NCBI RefSeq assembly: GCF_009914755.1 | Contig: NC_060925.1 | Source: the human T2T-CHM13v2.0 reference genome, Homo sapiens | DNA length: 64,000 nucleotides | Reading direction: 5' to 3' (one strand) | In this document: positions 14,131 to 37,865 of the stretch, one piece after another | How the letters are laid out: every line of letters starts with the position of its first letter | Numbering within the stretch: position 1 is the stretch's first letter | Notes under the pieces: model-generated | What the model was told of the DNA's origin: nothing | The model's input: the letters and a program-made list of their open reading frames with translations, nothing else | Database searches by the model: none | Program-made: the position numbers and the translations under genes

Positions 14131-17100
14131 GGCCTCAAAGCCAAGCGTTCCTCTTAAACAGTTGAGTGGACCAGGTACTGGAAGGAACAAGAGGAACATT
14201 TGCTTGGTTGGTTTGATCTTTACCCCTGCTTCCTTCCAGAAAGAATCAAAAACAAGACAGTAAGATATCAGTTTCCCTCAACATTAATTAAGCATTTACT
14301 ATGCACCAGGTGCCATTCTAGAAGAGTGTTACATGTACTGGCATATTTAATCCTAACACCAATCCCAAGAAATAAGTACTATTAATATCACCATTTTACA
14401 GATAAAGAAACTGAGGTGGGTGGGTGCATGTGCTGCGGGCCAGGCCTGTGCTGGCTGCCTTAGCTATGCCAATCATAGGGAATTGTCCCAAAGATCCCAG
14501 GGTTCCCACCTTCATTTTTCAGAAAGGGAGGCTGAGACCCCAGAAGCCAGTCCCTTGGCCATGGTCACAGAGGTCAGAAGTCAGGGCTAGGCCAGTCTGT
14601 TTCCACCACATGAACAGGCAGATAGGTTCAAGGGTGCTTGGCAGTATTGTGGGGAATGTAGATTCGAGTCCAGGGGACCTGAGTTCAAAGGTGGGCTGTG
14701 CCACTCACCGGGAAATGGGACGTAGATGCTTCAGGGCTGTTTCAAGCCTGGTGCTGGGCACCCTGCAGGCTCTCTGGGCCTATTATTTTTTAAAGATGAC
14801 AGAGCCCAAGAGACCCACATTCGGGTCCCAGCTCTGCCACTTACTAGCTGTGTGACCTCAGACAAGCATTTCATCTCACTGTGCCTCAGTTTCTCCATCT
14901 GTAAAATAGAGATGATAACAGCATCTACTTTGTTAGGGCTGGTACAAAATTCCACCCAGAGGGTATTTGGAAACGCAGTGTGAACCCTGGTGTGCTGAAC
15001 AGGGGAACGGACTCTTAGGGTCATTATCACACTTAGTGCTTTGGAGAATAGGTGTCTTTTTGCTATTTCTTGTGGCCTGGCCTGCCCTGCCCTGTAAAGC
15101 CTGGGGGAATTAACCCTCGTCTATTTCACCAGAGATCTGTAATCTCATTAGGAGCAGTCAGGCAGCAGGCAGCAGGGAATGGGAAGTGCAGTCTGCAGTG
15201 AGGGTGGGAGGTAAAGGGTGGGGTGCACACAGGGGCTTCCTCCTCCTGACATAGGAGACAGGGGCAGAGGATGAAGAGGACAGGCCAAGTGGGGCATAGG
15301 GGAGAGGTGGGGAGAGGGGACTGGGGCACAGGCTCTGAAGCCATGGACAGAGCTCCTGACTGAGAAGATTCTGATCCCAATTTAATCAGCTCTGTGACCT
15401 TGCCGTCTCTGGGTATCAGTCTTGTCCTTTTTAGAATGAGAGAAATGGGCCCAGGTACCTTTGTCAAAGGAACTTCATTTCAACAAACCAATCTTCCAAA
15501 GCCCCTGCTCTTTGCAGTAGCTTGGGGTGGGGGGTGGGGGTGAATACAAGTCTGAGAGTTTTTTTTCCTCTGACTTTGACTCTTAAAACCAAAAGTTTCT
15601 TGCTACACCTTCAACTCCAACAAATGCCTCATTTTCCAAATAATCAGGTGGTTAGTTACTTCCCAGAAGAGAAAATATGCTAAGTAGGTATTTGGATTTG
15701 GGTTTTGATCAACTCCTGGGCTCAAACAATCCTCCCATCTTGGCCTCCTAACGTGTTGGGACTGCAGGCATGAGCCACCACACCCAGCCCAGACCTGGCC
15801 TTTAGCTGTGCCATGATATAGGTGAGTCTTGCTTTCTACCACAGCTCCATGACTCCCATTCCCAGGACGTGCCCTATAGCCACCACTGACTCCTCTCTCC
15901 CACAGGCTGAGCCTACCACTACCTGCCTACCAGACTACAGCCATTCTTTCCACTGTTCCTACGGTCTTCAACAGGAGAATTTCAACTCACTCTAGCAAAT
16001 GTTCTTATAGCACCATTTAGTGTGCCACACCCCCTGGGTACTAGAAACACAACAGTGAATCAGACAGTACCTGCCCTGCCTTCAGGAAGCTTATAAGAAA
16101 GTGGAGAGACCCCAAGAACGGACTAATTCACACTAAAGTGTAAGTGACTGATAATGAGTTTACTAAGAATATTTGCAAATCAAATCAAGTCTCCTGGGTC
16201 AGAACCCTATAATAGTTCACCATTGACAAAGAATCAACTGCCTTTTACAATGTCACTAGATGTGCAAGACAATTTTTCCATAATTACATCAAAAGGAAGT
16301 TTGGGAAATGCTGGACGAAACAAAAAGTTAAGCACGTTATTTCCTCTGAGACAGCTCAAAGTCAGACTGCTAGAGTTAAAACCTCAGCTCTACCTTCAAC
16401 CAGCTGTGTGACCTTGGGAACATTTCTTAACTTCCCTGTAAAATGGGGATAATGCAACAGTACCTAGATCATAGGGTTTTGATGTGGGTCATACAGTGCT
16501 GCATGCGCCATGGTTAGAGCGTGGCCCAGTGCCTTGCAGATAGCCCCAGGTAGTTACTATGAAAGTCTTTACAGTAGCGGCTGTGTCGGAGGAAGTCACC
16601 AAGTGGAGAATAGAGAATCCCACCCCTCCTCTGGAGCAGAGAACTCCCTGGGCCTGGTGTTTGGAGAACACGCCTGGGAAACCCCGGTCTCCAGCATCGA
16701 GTCTATGCTCCCCTGCAAGGCACTTTCACCCTTTTCCTCACCCTTTCAGCATTACCTCCTACTCCTTCCGTCACCCCTCCAGCTCCTATGACACCAAACC
16801 ACTGCAGGGTCCTGGAACGCTGCATCCTGTCTCAGGCTTCTGCACCTTTGCCTGTGCTATTTCCTTGGCCTAGAATGTCCTTCCTTGTCATGAAAGTTAC
16901 AGGTTAAATCCCCCTCTTCTTCGAAGCCTTCCCTGATTACCCTAGATACAATACCTTCTCTTTTTCTCACTCTAACTCAGGCCCTTCACAGTCACCAGCT
17001 GGGGATTCACCTAGCTCCCTTTTAAGTGGCTCTGACAAGGAAATAAGAATCTATGAAAATAAAATCAAATCTCTGTTTGTTACCATGTCATTTGAAATCA

Positions 17101-17685
17101 CCTCAATGGAGAATCCTCAAAGTTGGAGGGTATATTGGCAGGGGCAGGGGGGTGCTAGGGATAGCCTGAGGAGCAAGGTGTTGTATAATGGGCAGCAAGT
17201 GGCCTCAGAGATGCTTCTGGGGAGGCTTGAGCTGCACAGACTGAGATGCTATGGCAAAGAAGAGACATGGTGTTGGCGAAAATAAATGCCAAGTCACAGG
17301 TGCAGCTGCCTCACCCTGCAGAAGCAGGCGTGCAGTTGAGCTGTTCTTCACCAGGCCCTCTGCTTGGGTTATGCTGTGGGGAGAGCAGCAGGGGTTGACT
17401 TATTTGCTAATGATTAATGATTAATGATTCGCCAGGGCTACAGGCGGGGCCAACCCAGCCTGGGAAGGCGGGGATAGGAAGGCTTCCCAGAGGAGACGTG
17501 GTTTAGGCAGAGGCCTCAATAAGCCAGGGAAGGGGGTGCTGGTCAAGGGAGAGGGGAGACGACAGTCTGATTTAGGCCGGAGGCGTGACAGCAGGGCCTC
17601 CCAGGGCTAGCAGTGCATCGGTGGGCTGCAGTGGCCATCGGGGCTGGGACCTTACACCTTCCACCATGTGTCAAAATGAGTTTAG

Positions 17686-17864
17686 GTCTGGCCGGGTGAG
17701 CTCCCATCTGGGTCTGTCGTGACGACAGCTCGGGGTATGTTGGCTGCTTTCCAGAGACATACCAGAGGCGCCTTAATCTCCCTGACACGTCTTCCCAGCT
17801 CGCTGGAAGCTGGGCCCTTCCGGGAAGGTTTTCTGTGGGCAACAAATGCAGCTGATCCAGCTGG
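17686..17864 (+). pseudogene. Possible upstream relic exon (weak)
   Basis: tttag|GTC... gives open frame VWPGELPSGSVVTTARG...ADPA. Only loosely like GREB1 LPEGCCTTDG, and the splice sites are weak. Confidence 0.2.
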
Positions 17865-18239
17865 GTGTGGATTCCTGCGAGCTTTAGTCACCGAGGGGCT
17901 GTCCTGACCTCGCTGAGGGCTAGTCCTTTCCCACATTTGCCTCAGAGGATGGGAGAAAGTGACTCTGTGGTGGCAACTCAGACACACGCCTTCCTTTTTC
18001 CCTTCCAGTCCCCCGTCTAAATCTGTCACTTAATGGAAATGAGGCCTGGGCGCCCATAAGCCCCTGAGCCGCTCTGTGTTGAGCACCGACTGTGTACCAG
18101 GCTCTGGCTGGGTACTCTGACACCTTCACCTAGAAGGGCCCTGACCAGGGGGAGCCAGGGACCCCTCCACATTCACTGGGTCAGTCAAGCCTGGGGGCTC
18201 TAAGTCTGTGCAGTACAATTACATAGCATCCATTACACT

Positions 18240-18705
18240 ACTTAAATTGAAATTAATCAAAATTAAATAGGACCAGGCCCAGAGGTTCATGCCTGTAATC
18301 CCAGCACTTTGGGAGGCTGAGGTGGGAGGATGGCTTGAGCCCGGGAGTTTCAGACCAGCCTGGGCAACATGGGGAGACCCTGCCTATACAAATAATTTTA
18401 AAAATTCACTGGGCATGGTCGTGTGTGCCTGTGGTCTCAGGTACTTCGCAGGCTGAAGTGAAAGGATCATTTGAAGCCTGGGAATTTGAAGTTGCAGTGA
18501 GCCGTGATGGAACTGCACTCTATGCTGGGCAACAGTGTAGGATCCTGTCTCAAAAAAAAATTTATATAGTTTAGAATTCAGTCCCTCCGTTGCACTAGCC
18601 ACATTTCAAGGGCTCAATAGCTGTATGTGGCCAGTAGCTACCATGTTGGACAGCACAGTTAGAGAACGTTTCCATGATCACAGAAAGTTCTACTGAACTC
18701 TCTAC
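18240..18705. mobile_element. MER3-like hAT element interrupted by a plus-strand Alu (18270-18560)
   Basis: GCACTAGCCACATTTCAAG...GGACAGCACAG...CAGAAAGTTCTA. Confidence 0.7.
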
Positions 18706-18985
18706 AGTCACCCTGAACCAAATTCAAAGCTCAGCCTTTGGCTTGGAAGGTGTGCGACTTTGCCGAAGTTAGCGAACCTCTCAGAGCCTCTTTTCTGTGC
18801 CTATAAAAGCCCATGCACTTTCCATTGCATCATACTTCCTCTCATTTGCATATAAAAGTTAGGACAAAGTATAAAGTTAAACCCTCCAGCCAGTTTAGAT
18901 TAGGTTTCCAAATTAGTTAGGATTTTTGTTAATAAATACTAGGAAACTAAATCAAGCTGGCTTTGGTTAAAAGGGAATTTATAAG

Positions 18986-20342
<1,357 letters not shown>

Positions 20343-21389
20343 TTTATAAGACCAGGTGAGCATGGGTTTTGCAGAACCCAAGGACAAGAGCAGAACTGAA
20401 CTGCAAAGACCCTCTGAACCAGGTACTTGATTGTTAATGGAATTATCTCTCACACCAGCTCTCCTTTCTACATGTCTGATTTGTCCATTCATTCTTCATT
20501 CAACATATATATGTTGAGAGGTGGCATAAGGTATTGATTAAGAGCACAAACTCAGGAACCAAATGACTTGTGTTTGAATCTTAGCTCCTTCACCTACTCT
20601 TTTTGGAACTGTAGGCAAGTTACTCTGTGTTCCAGTTTTAGTTTTCTCATATTGAGTGTAGGGATAATAATATTCTACCTTATAGGGTTGTTATAAGGAG
20701 CAAATGAATTACATGTATGAAGCTTAAGACAGTTGTCTGATCATAGTAAGCACTATCTATCTATCTATCTATATCTATGTTACTATTATTACTATGTGCC
20801 AGACATATTCCGGACACTTGGAATACTGTAATAAACCGAAATAGACAACAATCCCTGCTTTTATAGAGCCTACATTTGGTGATGACATTTATGTTACATT
20901 ATTCTTTCTCTAATGAACCCATCTCCACTACTACTGTGGTCCACAGGGAGGAAGCATGGCCACCAGCAGCTCTGTTTCACTCCAGTGCCACAGTTCTCAG
21001 GGAAGGTTCTGACTGGCCCAGTTTAGACCAATCTCCTGCAGCCAGTAGGGGCAGGGAGCAGGGTCACATTATTTACAGTTGCTGCTTCTATGGTAACTCT
21101 GTAGATGTGTGTAGTAGCAGTTAGAAAAGTGGATACATGAGGCAGACACAGCAAAATATCTAGTACATTGTCCCAGGCACTCAGCTCTTGGCATGGCTTG
21201 CTTAGTAAAACCTTGGTTTTCTGTTCTTTCTTGTGTAAAATGCCTAACATCTTATATCCAGTGAGGCTGCTCTAGAACTTAGGGTCAGTGGCTCGAGGTT
21301 CCTTGTTGCTTGTCTTCTTCTCTGATGTCTGCCTCGGCCCTTTATGGCAGCAGGCACCTGGGGCCTCACCCACAGAGTGCACAGGATTC

Positions 21390-24290
<2,901 letters not shown>

Positions 24291-24925
24291 TTCTTCTTCT
24301 TATTGTTATCATTATTTTTATTTAAACGTGGTTGCTTTATATTGCACTTTTAAAACTCACAAAAAGCTTTACAATATCTGCATTCCTCTACTTAATCATC
24401 AAAGCTTTATGGTAAGACAATGAAAATTTTATTTCATCAATTGGGCATACTAAAAAACAATGAAAAATTAACAAACAAATCTCCTTAATCAAGAACATTC
24501 CGTAAAATACACACTCTGGCATGCGTCTGAATTCATCCCTCCTAAAATTAGACTTTAAAAGGCTTTAAAAAAAATCTCAAACAGATTTCAATCTTGACTA
24601 GCTACCAGAACAAAGCTGATAGCAAGCTATAAACAGCTTTCAATGTTGAATGTAATTTGGGGGAAGTGGAGAAGAAGAAATTATCTGCTGAACCTACATT
24701 TAAGTGCATCTGTTAGTAAGACTTCTCTAATTTAATGAATTTCAACAAAGTGAACAAGTTCTTTGCCTTTGGTAGTTTCTCGGATTTTATTTTTAAACTT
24801 GTGACATCTTGACTAAAGGAATGGAATCCTGGGACTAGAATATTTAAGGAAGAGGACAACATTGAGGCGGGAAAGAGGAAAAATAAGATTAGTACTTTCT
24901 TAGATAGCTAAAATGGGTAACAAAT

Positions 24926-25586
24926 AATCCCAGCTACTCAGGAAGCTGAGGCAGAGAATTGCTTGAACCCAAGAGGCAGAGTTTGCAGTGAGCCGAAATC
25001 ACGCCATTGCACTCCAGCCTGGGCAACATAGCGAGATTCCATCTTAAAAAAAAAAAAAAAAAAAAAAGAATACCAGAGTTGATATGTAGGGTTTAGTTTG
25101 ACTTATGTTTTTAAAAAATTAGATAAGTATAACATCTAAATGGCAAATAGAACAATTAAAGATGGTCTCATTTAGGAAATGTTAAAAACTAATTATCCTC
25201 AATTATGTTTTAAATTTGTGGAATGACATAGTAGATATTTTGAGCATCATTATAGGATCCAATTAAAATTATGCATACTGCTATTTTCACTTTTTTTTTT
25301 CGAGATGAGATCTTGCTTCTGCTGCCTAGGCTGAAGTGCAGTGGCACGATCATAGCTCATTGCAACATCAAATTCCTGGGCTGAAGCGATCCTCCCATCT
25401 CAGCCTTCAGAGTAGCTAGGACTACAGGCACATGCCACCATGCCCAGCTAATTTTTTTTTTTTTTTGGTAGAGGCTGAATCTCACTATGTTGCCCAGGCT
25501 GGTCTCCAACTCCTGGCCCCAAGCAATCCTCATGCCTTGGCTTCCCACAGTGCTGGGATTACAGGTGTGAGCCACTCTGCCTGGCC
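24926..25586. mobile_element. Alu right arm 24926-25069(+) and AluJ 25291-25586(-)
   Basis: Alu consensus matches. Confidence 0.88.
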
Positions 25587-26384
25587 TATTTACACTTTTT
25601 TTTTCTTTTTAACCCAACTACTCAACGTGGCATATTTTCACTTTTAATATAATTTATATGTACCTGGGGAAGCTCTTTTTGATATTATCAGTAGAGGCCA
25701 CTAAAAATAATGCCAGAATTCCAGTGAGAAGAGAGTAGAAATGGAAAGAAAATGGGAGGATAAAGAAATTGGGTAGTAATAAGAAACAGGATTTTTAAGG
25801 TTTTCTCACTAGTTAACTAATGCCACAAAATTGCGTATTTTGGCTCAATGTCAGTGGGCTGCTGGAAGGGACCAGGAAATGAGTGCAATATCCTAACCAT
25901 CCCAGGTAGATTCTTAACTAACCCATGATTTGGATGGCTCACTTGTGAAGGGAGTGCTTTGGCCTCCTCGCTTCCTTTCTTCCTTTTCCTTTTTTTATTT
26001 TTTTTTTTTTGAGACTGAGTCTAGCTCTTGTTTCCGAGCAATTTTTGAGAAATCTCAACTTTAAAATATCCCTCAAGTTGCCCCCTTTTATTAGTCTTGT
26101 AAATAATATTGTTTAAGACTCACACATTGGTGAGAGTCAGGAATTATTAGGATTATTTTAATAGCAGACATTGAGTTCATTTACTTGGAAAGAAAAATTT
26201 TATTCCGAGGTGACTTTCAGAGATTTAAGTGCTCTATTTTACCATTGAATGAGAATTTTTCTCAAAGCAAATATTCTCTAAGATGCTAGAGTATTCAGCT
26301 TATTGGGATAGTACCCTTTAACTTATTAAAAGTTACAAAGTCTAAGAAAAAGCATGCAAGTCTTGAGAATCACTGCTGTGAATT

Positions 26385-26918
26385 CTAACAGGGAGGGCCT
26401 GAAGCCTGGAAGCCTGGCTGACAGTCCTGCAGACCAGAGTGGGGACTTGTGGTGCCTCTTCCAGTCTGCCCATGGCCGCCCATAGACCATTTGGCATGTA
26501 CTTCCTCCCCTCTGAGGTCCATAAAAGCCCTGGGATCAGCCAGAGAAGGGCAGAGGATGGAGAGGACAGAGAGATGACTGGTGACTGGATGATCAGCTGC
26601 AGAGAGGAGCTGAAAGCTCCTGCTGAAAGCTGGGAAGCCAACCGGGACCTGCCTTCAGAGAGCAGCCACCCTCTCCAGGGCCTCCTGTCTGCTGAGAGCT
26701 GAACGCTGGATGAGACAACCTGCCTACAGAGAGGAGCTGCCCGCTGAGGGTCTCCTCTGAACTGTCCTAACACTCAACAAAGCTTCTCTTCGTCTTGCTC
26801 GCCCTTCATTGTCTGAGTACCTTATTCTTCCTGGATGCAGGACAAGAACTCGGGCAAAGGCACCACTGCCCACAGAAGTTTCTGGCCAGAAAAGTGACAC
26901 CCCAAAGATCCCGTAACA
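26385..26918 (+). mobile_element. 5'-truncated ERV1 LTR (MER52-like)
   Basis: CTGCAGAGAGGAGC repeats and CATAAAAGCCC. Ends AAAGATCCCGTAACA. Confidence 0.75.
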
Positions 26919-27091
26919 CTATGAGATGCAAAGACTACAAATGTTTAAGTGGAATGATCTCTAACCTGTAAATTACACTCCTGTAACAAGCAAATGATTA
27001 CATACTGTGGAAGACTACAGAACATAAGTACAGAAAGCTGCTCTCCAAGGCTGCATTCTCAAAGCTTGAAAAGTTAATTGGCCCATCATTT

Positions 27092-27775
27092 TGTTACAGT
27101 AGGTAGCTAGTCAAGCATGAGCAGGGCAGGAGAGGGCTCCCTCTACCTCACCACAAATGTCAGGCAACCATCAGGTGATGGTCAGGTGGTTGTTAACTGT
27201 CTGTTTAAAATAATAATTGGTTGCAGCTGGTGCCAGGGAAAGGCCGTCTCCCAGTAGATAGAAACACCTGAAACAGGTGGTCAGCTGCTTAATCTCAGGA
27301 GTTGGGCAACTGGGCTCAAGCATGCTCACTAAGAGGCAAAATGGTGAGTTTAACTGATACATGACTTTCCAGGGACTTTCGGCTGGTAAGGGAAGAATGC
27401 CTCAAGTGAGCATGCATACAACTCCAGTGAACACACTGTGCACACTCCCCTCCCAAGGGCTGGCAGGTCACTGTGCACACGGACAGCCCAAGGGAAGAAT
27501 CAGGGGAGAAGGGACGCAAGGCATGCCAACATGTACAACCCCAAGTCAAAGGTGAAATGGCACACTTGATCACTCAAGTTGCCCAGGTGGCTCTTTCCCA
27601 AGTGTACTTTACTTCCTTTCATTCCTGCCCTAAAGCTTTTTAATAAACCTTCACTCCTGCTCTAAAACTTGCCTCAGTCTCTCCCTCTGCCTCGTGCCCC
27701 TCGGTCAAATTCTTTCCTCTGAGGACGCAAGAATTGAGGTTGCTACAGACCTGTACAGATTCGCCGTCACTAATA
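27092..27775 (+). mobile_element. Solo ERV1 LTR (MER50-like)
   Basis: Starts TGTTACAGTAGGTAG. AATAAA near 27642. 4-bp TSD ATTT. Confidence 0.85.
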
Positions 27776-27946
27776 ATTTTAGAAAGAAAAAAAGATGAAC
27801 ATGGATTAGGAGGGTCTACATGTGGGAAAAAAATTGCAACTGAGATATTTTAGAGAGCCCACCTCTAGTAACAAAAGAAAAAATAGGCCCGGCACGGTGG
27901 CTCACACCTGTAATCCCAGCACTTTGGGAGGCCGAGGCAGGTGGAT

Positions 27947-28083
27947 CCTGAGGCCTCCCCAGAAGCAGATGCTGCCATGCTCCCTGTACAGCCTGCAGAA
28001 CTGTGAGCCAATTAAACATCTTTTCCTTGTAAATTACCCAGTCTCAGGTATTTCTTCATAGCAGTGAGAGAACAGCTAATACG
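27947..28083 (+). mobile_element. MST (MaLR) LTR 3' fragment
   Basis: CCTGAGGCCTCCCCAGAAGC...CCAATTAAAC...CTAATAC. Confidence 0.8.
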
Positions 28084-28240
28084 GTAGCCATCTCTGGGGG
28101 GACATCGAGGAGGCTCTCATTCTCCTAGAAGTCTTTCCAATTCATATTATCCTCAGACCATAGTTCATCTCTTCTGTAAGCCACAACTCTGGGCCACCAG
28201 GAAACCCAGTACATGTAGTTGTCTGCTTGCCACCGCTCAA
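28084..28240 (+). pseudogene. GREB1-like relic exon, 5' side cut by an MST LTR
   Basis: GDIEEALILLEVFPIHIILRP*FISSVSHNSGPPGNPVHVVVCLPP versus recalled GREB1 DVPAGFLLVGV...PDHLLVC. Confidence 0.5.
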
Positions 28241-28319
28241 TTTTTTATTTTTATGCATTATGTATAACTATGTATGTTTCGTAACTTCCCAACATAGGCT
28301 TTCCTAATTATCTTTTTGT

Positions 28320-30695
<2,376 letters not shown>

Positions 30696-30700
30696 CCTTG

Positions 30701-31126
30701 TGTTATGGTTTGGATAGTTGTCCCCTCCAAATCTCATGTTTGAAATGTGATCCTGAGTGTTAGAGGTGGGCCTAGTGGGAGCAGTCTTGATCATGGGGAT
30801 GGGCCCCTCATGAATGGCTTGGTGCCATCCTCGCAGTAGAGTGAGTTTTTGCTCTGTTAGTTCACTCAAGAGCTGGTTGGTTTTTGAAAGAGTCTGGTGC
30901 CTCCCTTCTTTCTCATTCTTTTGTGCTCTTTCTTGCCATGTGACACACCTGCTCCCCCTCACCTTCTGCCTGGAGTAACAGCTGCCTGAGGCTTCATCAG
31001 AAGCTGGGTGGATGCTGGAGCCATGCTTTTATAGCCTGCAGATCCATGAGCCAATTAAACCTTTTTTCTTTATAAATTGCCTAGTCTAAGGTATTCCTTT
31101 ATAGCAGCACAAAATGGACTAATACA
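30701..31126 (+). mobile_element. Solo MST (MSTB-like) MaLR LTR
   Basis: TGTTATGGTTTGG...GACTAATACA, 426 bp, 5-bp TSD CCTTG. Confidence 0.88.
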
Positions 31127-31422
31127 CCTTGTTGATTTCTGATAACCCTATTGTGGTCAGAAAATGAGAATATATGATAGTAATCCTTTGAATAGACGTG
31201 CTTTATGATACTCAGTTTTCATAAATGCTCCACATGTGCTTGGAAAGACTGTGTATTTTGCAGATAATGAGTCCAGTGTTATATGCATATCCATTAGATT
31301 AAACTTGAGAATCCATTCGTTCAAATCTCCTGTATCTGTGCTCATTTTTTTTTTTTTTTTTTTTTTTTTTGGTCTACTTGATCTATCAATTGATTGAAAC
31401 ATGTTAAAATCTACCATTCTGA

Positions 31423-31906
<484 letters not shown>

Positions 31907-32306
31907 GTAAATCCATGTTTAGTTATTAGAATAATTTATTCTTTTGGGGGATTAAAAAGTTATACACTCTTCTGTATATTGGATTCTTGGCCCCATTGAT
32001 GGAAAAAACATTTCTTCCTTTATACATAATTATTTACAGCTACTTATGATGGGGTTGTGGCTCAGAAAATCCATCATGAAGTCAAAGAATGGTTAAGTCA
32101 AGCCAACCTATGTTGGGAACCACCTGTATAGTGATATATATTAATATTTATATTGAAAAATCATAGGAGAAAACATGTAGCTCAAAAAAAAATACTACTT
32201 TCTTTGTGCCTGACACAGAGTGGATACTATATAAATATATGTATACAAATATTATAGATAAAACTAACTTTCTTTTGGTATCTGTTACCTTCTTTAATTT
32301 TCAAAG

Positions 32307-32774
32307 TTGATGCATAAGGTGGATTATAGGAAGAAAAGGTGGTTGAGGGCCACAGGCAGAGAAGCTGGTTCCCTCCCTCAAGTCCAAGAGGAGAGCTCAG
32401 GCCAGAGATTGGAGATGAGGCCAAAGAGGTCTGCTGGACCCTGAACCAGAATGAGAACATCTGAATGACTTCTGAGCAGGGCAGGGGCCCAGGCATCGTG
32501 GCTGCCAGTCACATGGGGTGTGGGAAGCCTGGCCTGGGCCAAAGGTCCAGGGCCACAGAGTATTGTCCTATGAAGGCAAGAAGGCCCCTAGCCCTAGGCC
32601 CCTCCCTGTTCCCACAGTGGGGTTGTGTACATGCTCACTCGGATTCCACAGGGCAGGGGTCACATAGCTGAGGCCACAAAGCCAGTATGGGGAGAGCCTG
32701 GTGCTCCCCCAGCCACCTGACTATTTCCATTCCCTGTGGCTGGTCCACAGGGAACCATGGCATCCTGGTTGCAG
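32307..32774 (+). pseudogene. Relic exon, 468 nt, phase 1-1, low-complexity linker
   Basis: ttttcaaag| ... GCAG|gtaccc. Length is divisible by 3 and there are 4 in-frame stops. Ends TISIPCGWSTGNHGILVA(G). Confidence 0.45.
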
Positions 32775-32929
32775 GTACCCACCCAGAGAGGAGTGGAGGG
32801 GAAAGGAAAAAGGGGTGCCTTTTCCTTGAGGGAAGGGGCCTGGTCATTTGCTTCTGATAGGCCCTGATCAGCCCTGTAATAAATTTTGAATGAGTTACTA
32901 AATTCTGATTTTCAAGAACTAAATTTTAG

Positions 32930-34740
<1,811 letters not shown>

Positions 34741-34748
34741 ACAGAGAG

Positions 34749-35989
<1,241 letters not shown>

Positions 35990-36111
35990 TCACTGGAGAG
36001 CTTTTAAAACATACCCATATCCCCATCAAATCCCCAGTTCTGAGTGAATTGTTTGGGGGTGGGGCCCCGCATTGAGTTGAGGGTGATGGGAGCCCCTGGT
36101 CTAAACCACAG

Positions 36112-36148
36112 CTATGTAGAGACTTATGGTTTGGATTGTGCATATAAA
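36112..36148 (+). pseudogene. Relic exon 3' part
   Basis: YVETYGLDCAYK followed by the strong donor AAA|gtgagt. Phase 0 matches the next exon. The 5' edge is uncertain because a MER5 fragment lies upstream. Confidence 0.4.
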
Positions 36149-36265
36149 GTGAGTATATTAGTATATAGACCCTGCTGCATTTTTGTACATTGCTTTGGGG
36201 GCTGGTTCTGAGGCTCTTTTTGATCTGGAGACCCTAACATCCTTTCCCTCTCTTTTCTCTTTCAG

Positions 36266-36326
36266 TTGCCTACAGATCTGGAAGCCTTGCTGAAAAGACA
36301 CCTTAATGGCCTAGCAGCTCTTTTAG
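36266..36326 (+). pseudogene. Relic exon (61 nt, phase 0-1)
   Basis: Branch point CTAAC (36234-36238), a ~23-nt pyrimidine tract and CAG. LPTDLEALLKRHLNGLAALL versus recalled VPLMEDLEQIFLRS. Donor TAG|gcaagg (GC-type or mutated). Confidence 0.55.
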
Positions 36327-36371
36327 GCAAGGAGCAATTCAGATGTTGAATGATGGAACACAAAAACCCAC

Positions 36372-36690
<319 letters not shown>

Positions 36691-37865
36691 TCATGTAGGT
36701 TTTTCCCGCTGTGGAGCAGGGCAGAACAATGAGTCTGGATGCTGGCTCCCCTGCATTTTAGTTCTGCAGTGAAGTTGTGGGGCCTGAGGGCTCGGGACAC
36801 TGTGCTGCAATCACGCTGCATAGTCAGAGTGAAAAAAGACTGGGTTAGGGAGTCACAGAGTCACAGCATCCAGCCCCATTGGCCATTCAGCAATTCTGTG
36901 ACCTTCCATCTCTGGTCAGTTTCCTCATCTGTAAAATGGGGATGCTAATGCCTGTCTCTTAGGGCCACTGGGAGAATGAAATGTTAGTTATTTTTCGGCT
37001 TTTCAGTTGAGTTATTGCATCAGCTACGTTCGTAGTTTACCCCCTTGGTTTATTAAGTAATAGTTGTAAAAGTTTATAACAGGTCACGAATTGGCGGCAC
37101 CTTTGTATTGATTGGCACTCAAAGTGACTTACAAAAACTTGGCTTAATTGCCAACATTTAAAAACTAGGGATCTTACATAAAAATCTGGATTTGTGGCTT
37201 CATTGGAAACATCTGCATGACCACAACTGCTGGAGCTGAGAGTCAGCTGCTTGTTCCTGATCCCAAACCCCATGACTCCTGGACACCTTCTGCCTCCTAC
37301 CCCTTATCTCCCTGGATTCCCTGAGTGGCTTGCTGCTGGAGGCTGTGAGTACCTAGTTTATAACCCCAGTTGATAAAGTGCTTTCACCTGCTTCATCTCA
37401 TTAGACTTTTACCTATGAGGGAGGTGTTAGTATTGTTCCCTTTACAGGAGAAGAAACTAAAGCTGAGATGTTACAGGACCTACTCTGGGTTAGTAATAAC
37501 AGCAACCGCAATAAATAGTAATTTGTACTGGCTGTTTACCATGTGCCAGGCATTATTCTAAGCACTTTACATGTTTAATTTAATTCTCTCAATCTTATCA
37601 GATATTGTCATTATTCCTATTTTATGAATAAGGAAATTGAGGTAGTGACAGGTCAAGTAGATTTCCCAAAGTCACACAGCCAGAAAGCTCAAAATAAACT
37701 GAAGACTTCTGGGTCCTAATCCACACTTGTTCCAGAGTCCTGCAGTGCAGGCTTTCCTTCCTTTCTCTCTTTCTCTTCTTTAAAATGGGTGAGTCTATGG
37801 GGCCCAGCTTCTGGTAAGAGTTTGTAAGTGTTGTTTGGTGGGAGGGGTGGGCTCGTGTTTTGTAG

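Noticed and set aside
16154-17285. ORFs as the candidate first exon of the relic gene
   Set aside because: No match to the recalled GREB1 N-terminus and no convincing donor site.
32035-32130. Acceptor-like ttatttacag followed by an apparent exon
   Set aside because: The sequence resembles a Tigger-family DNA transposon end.
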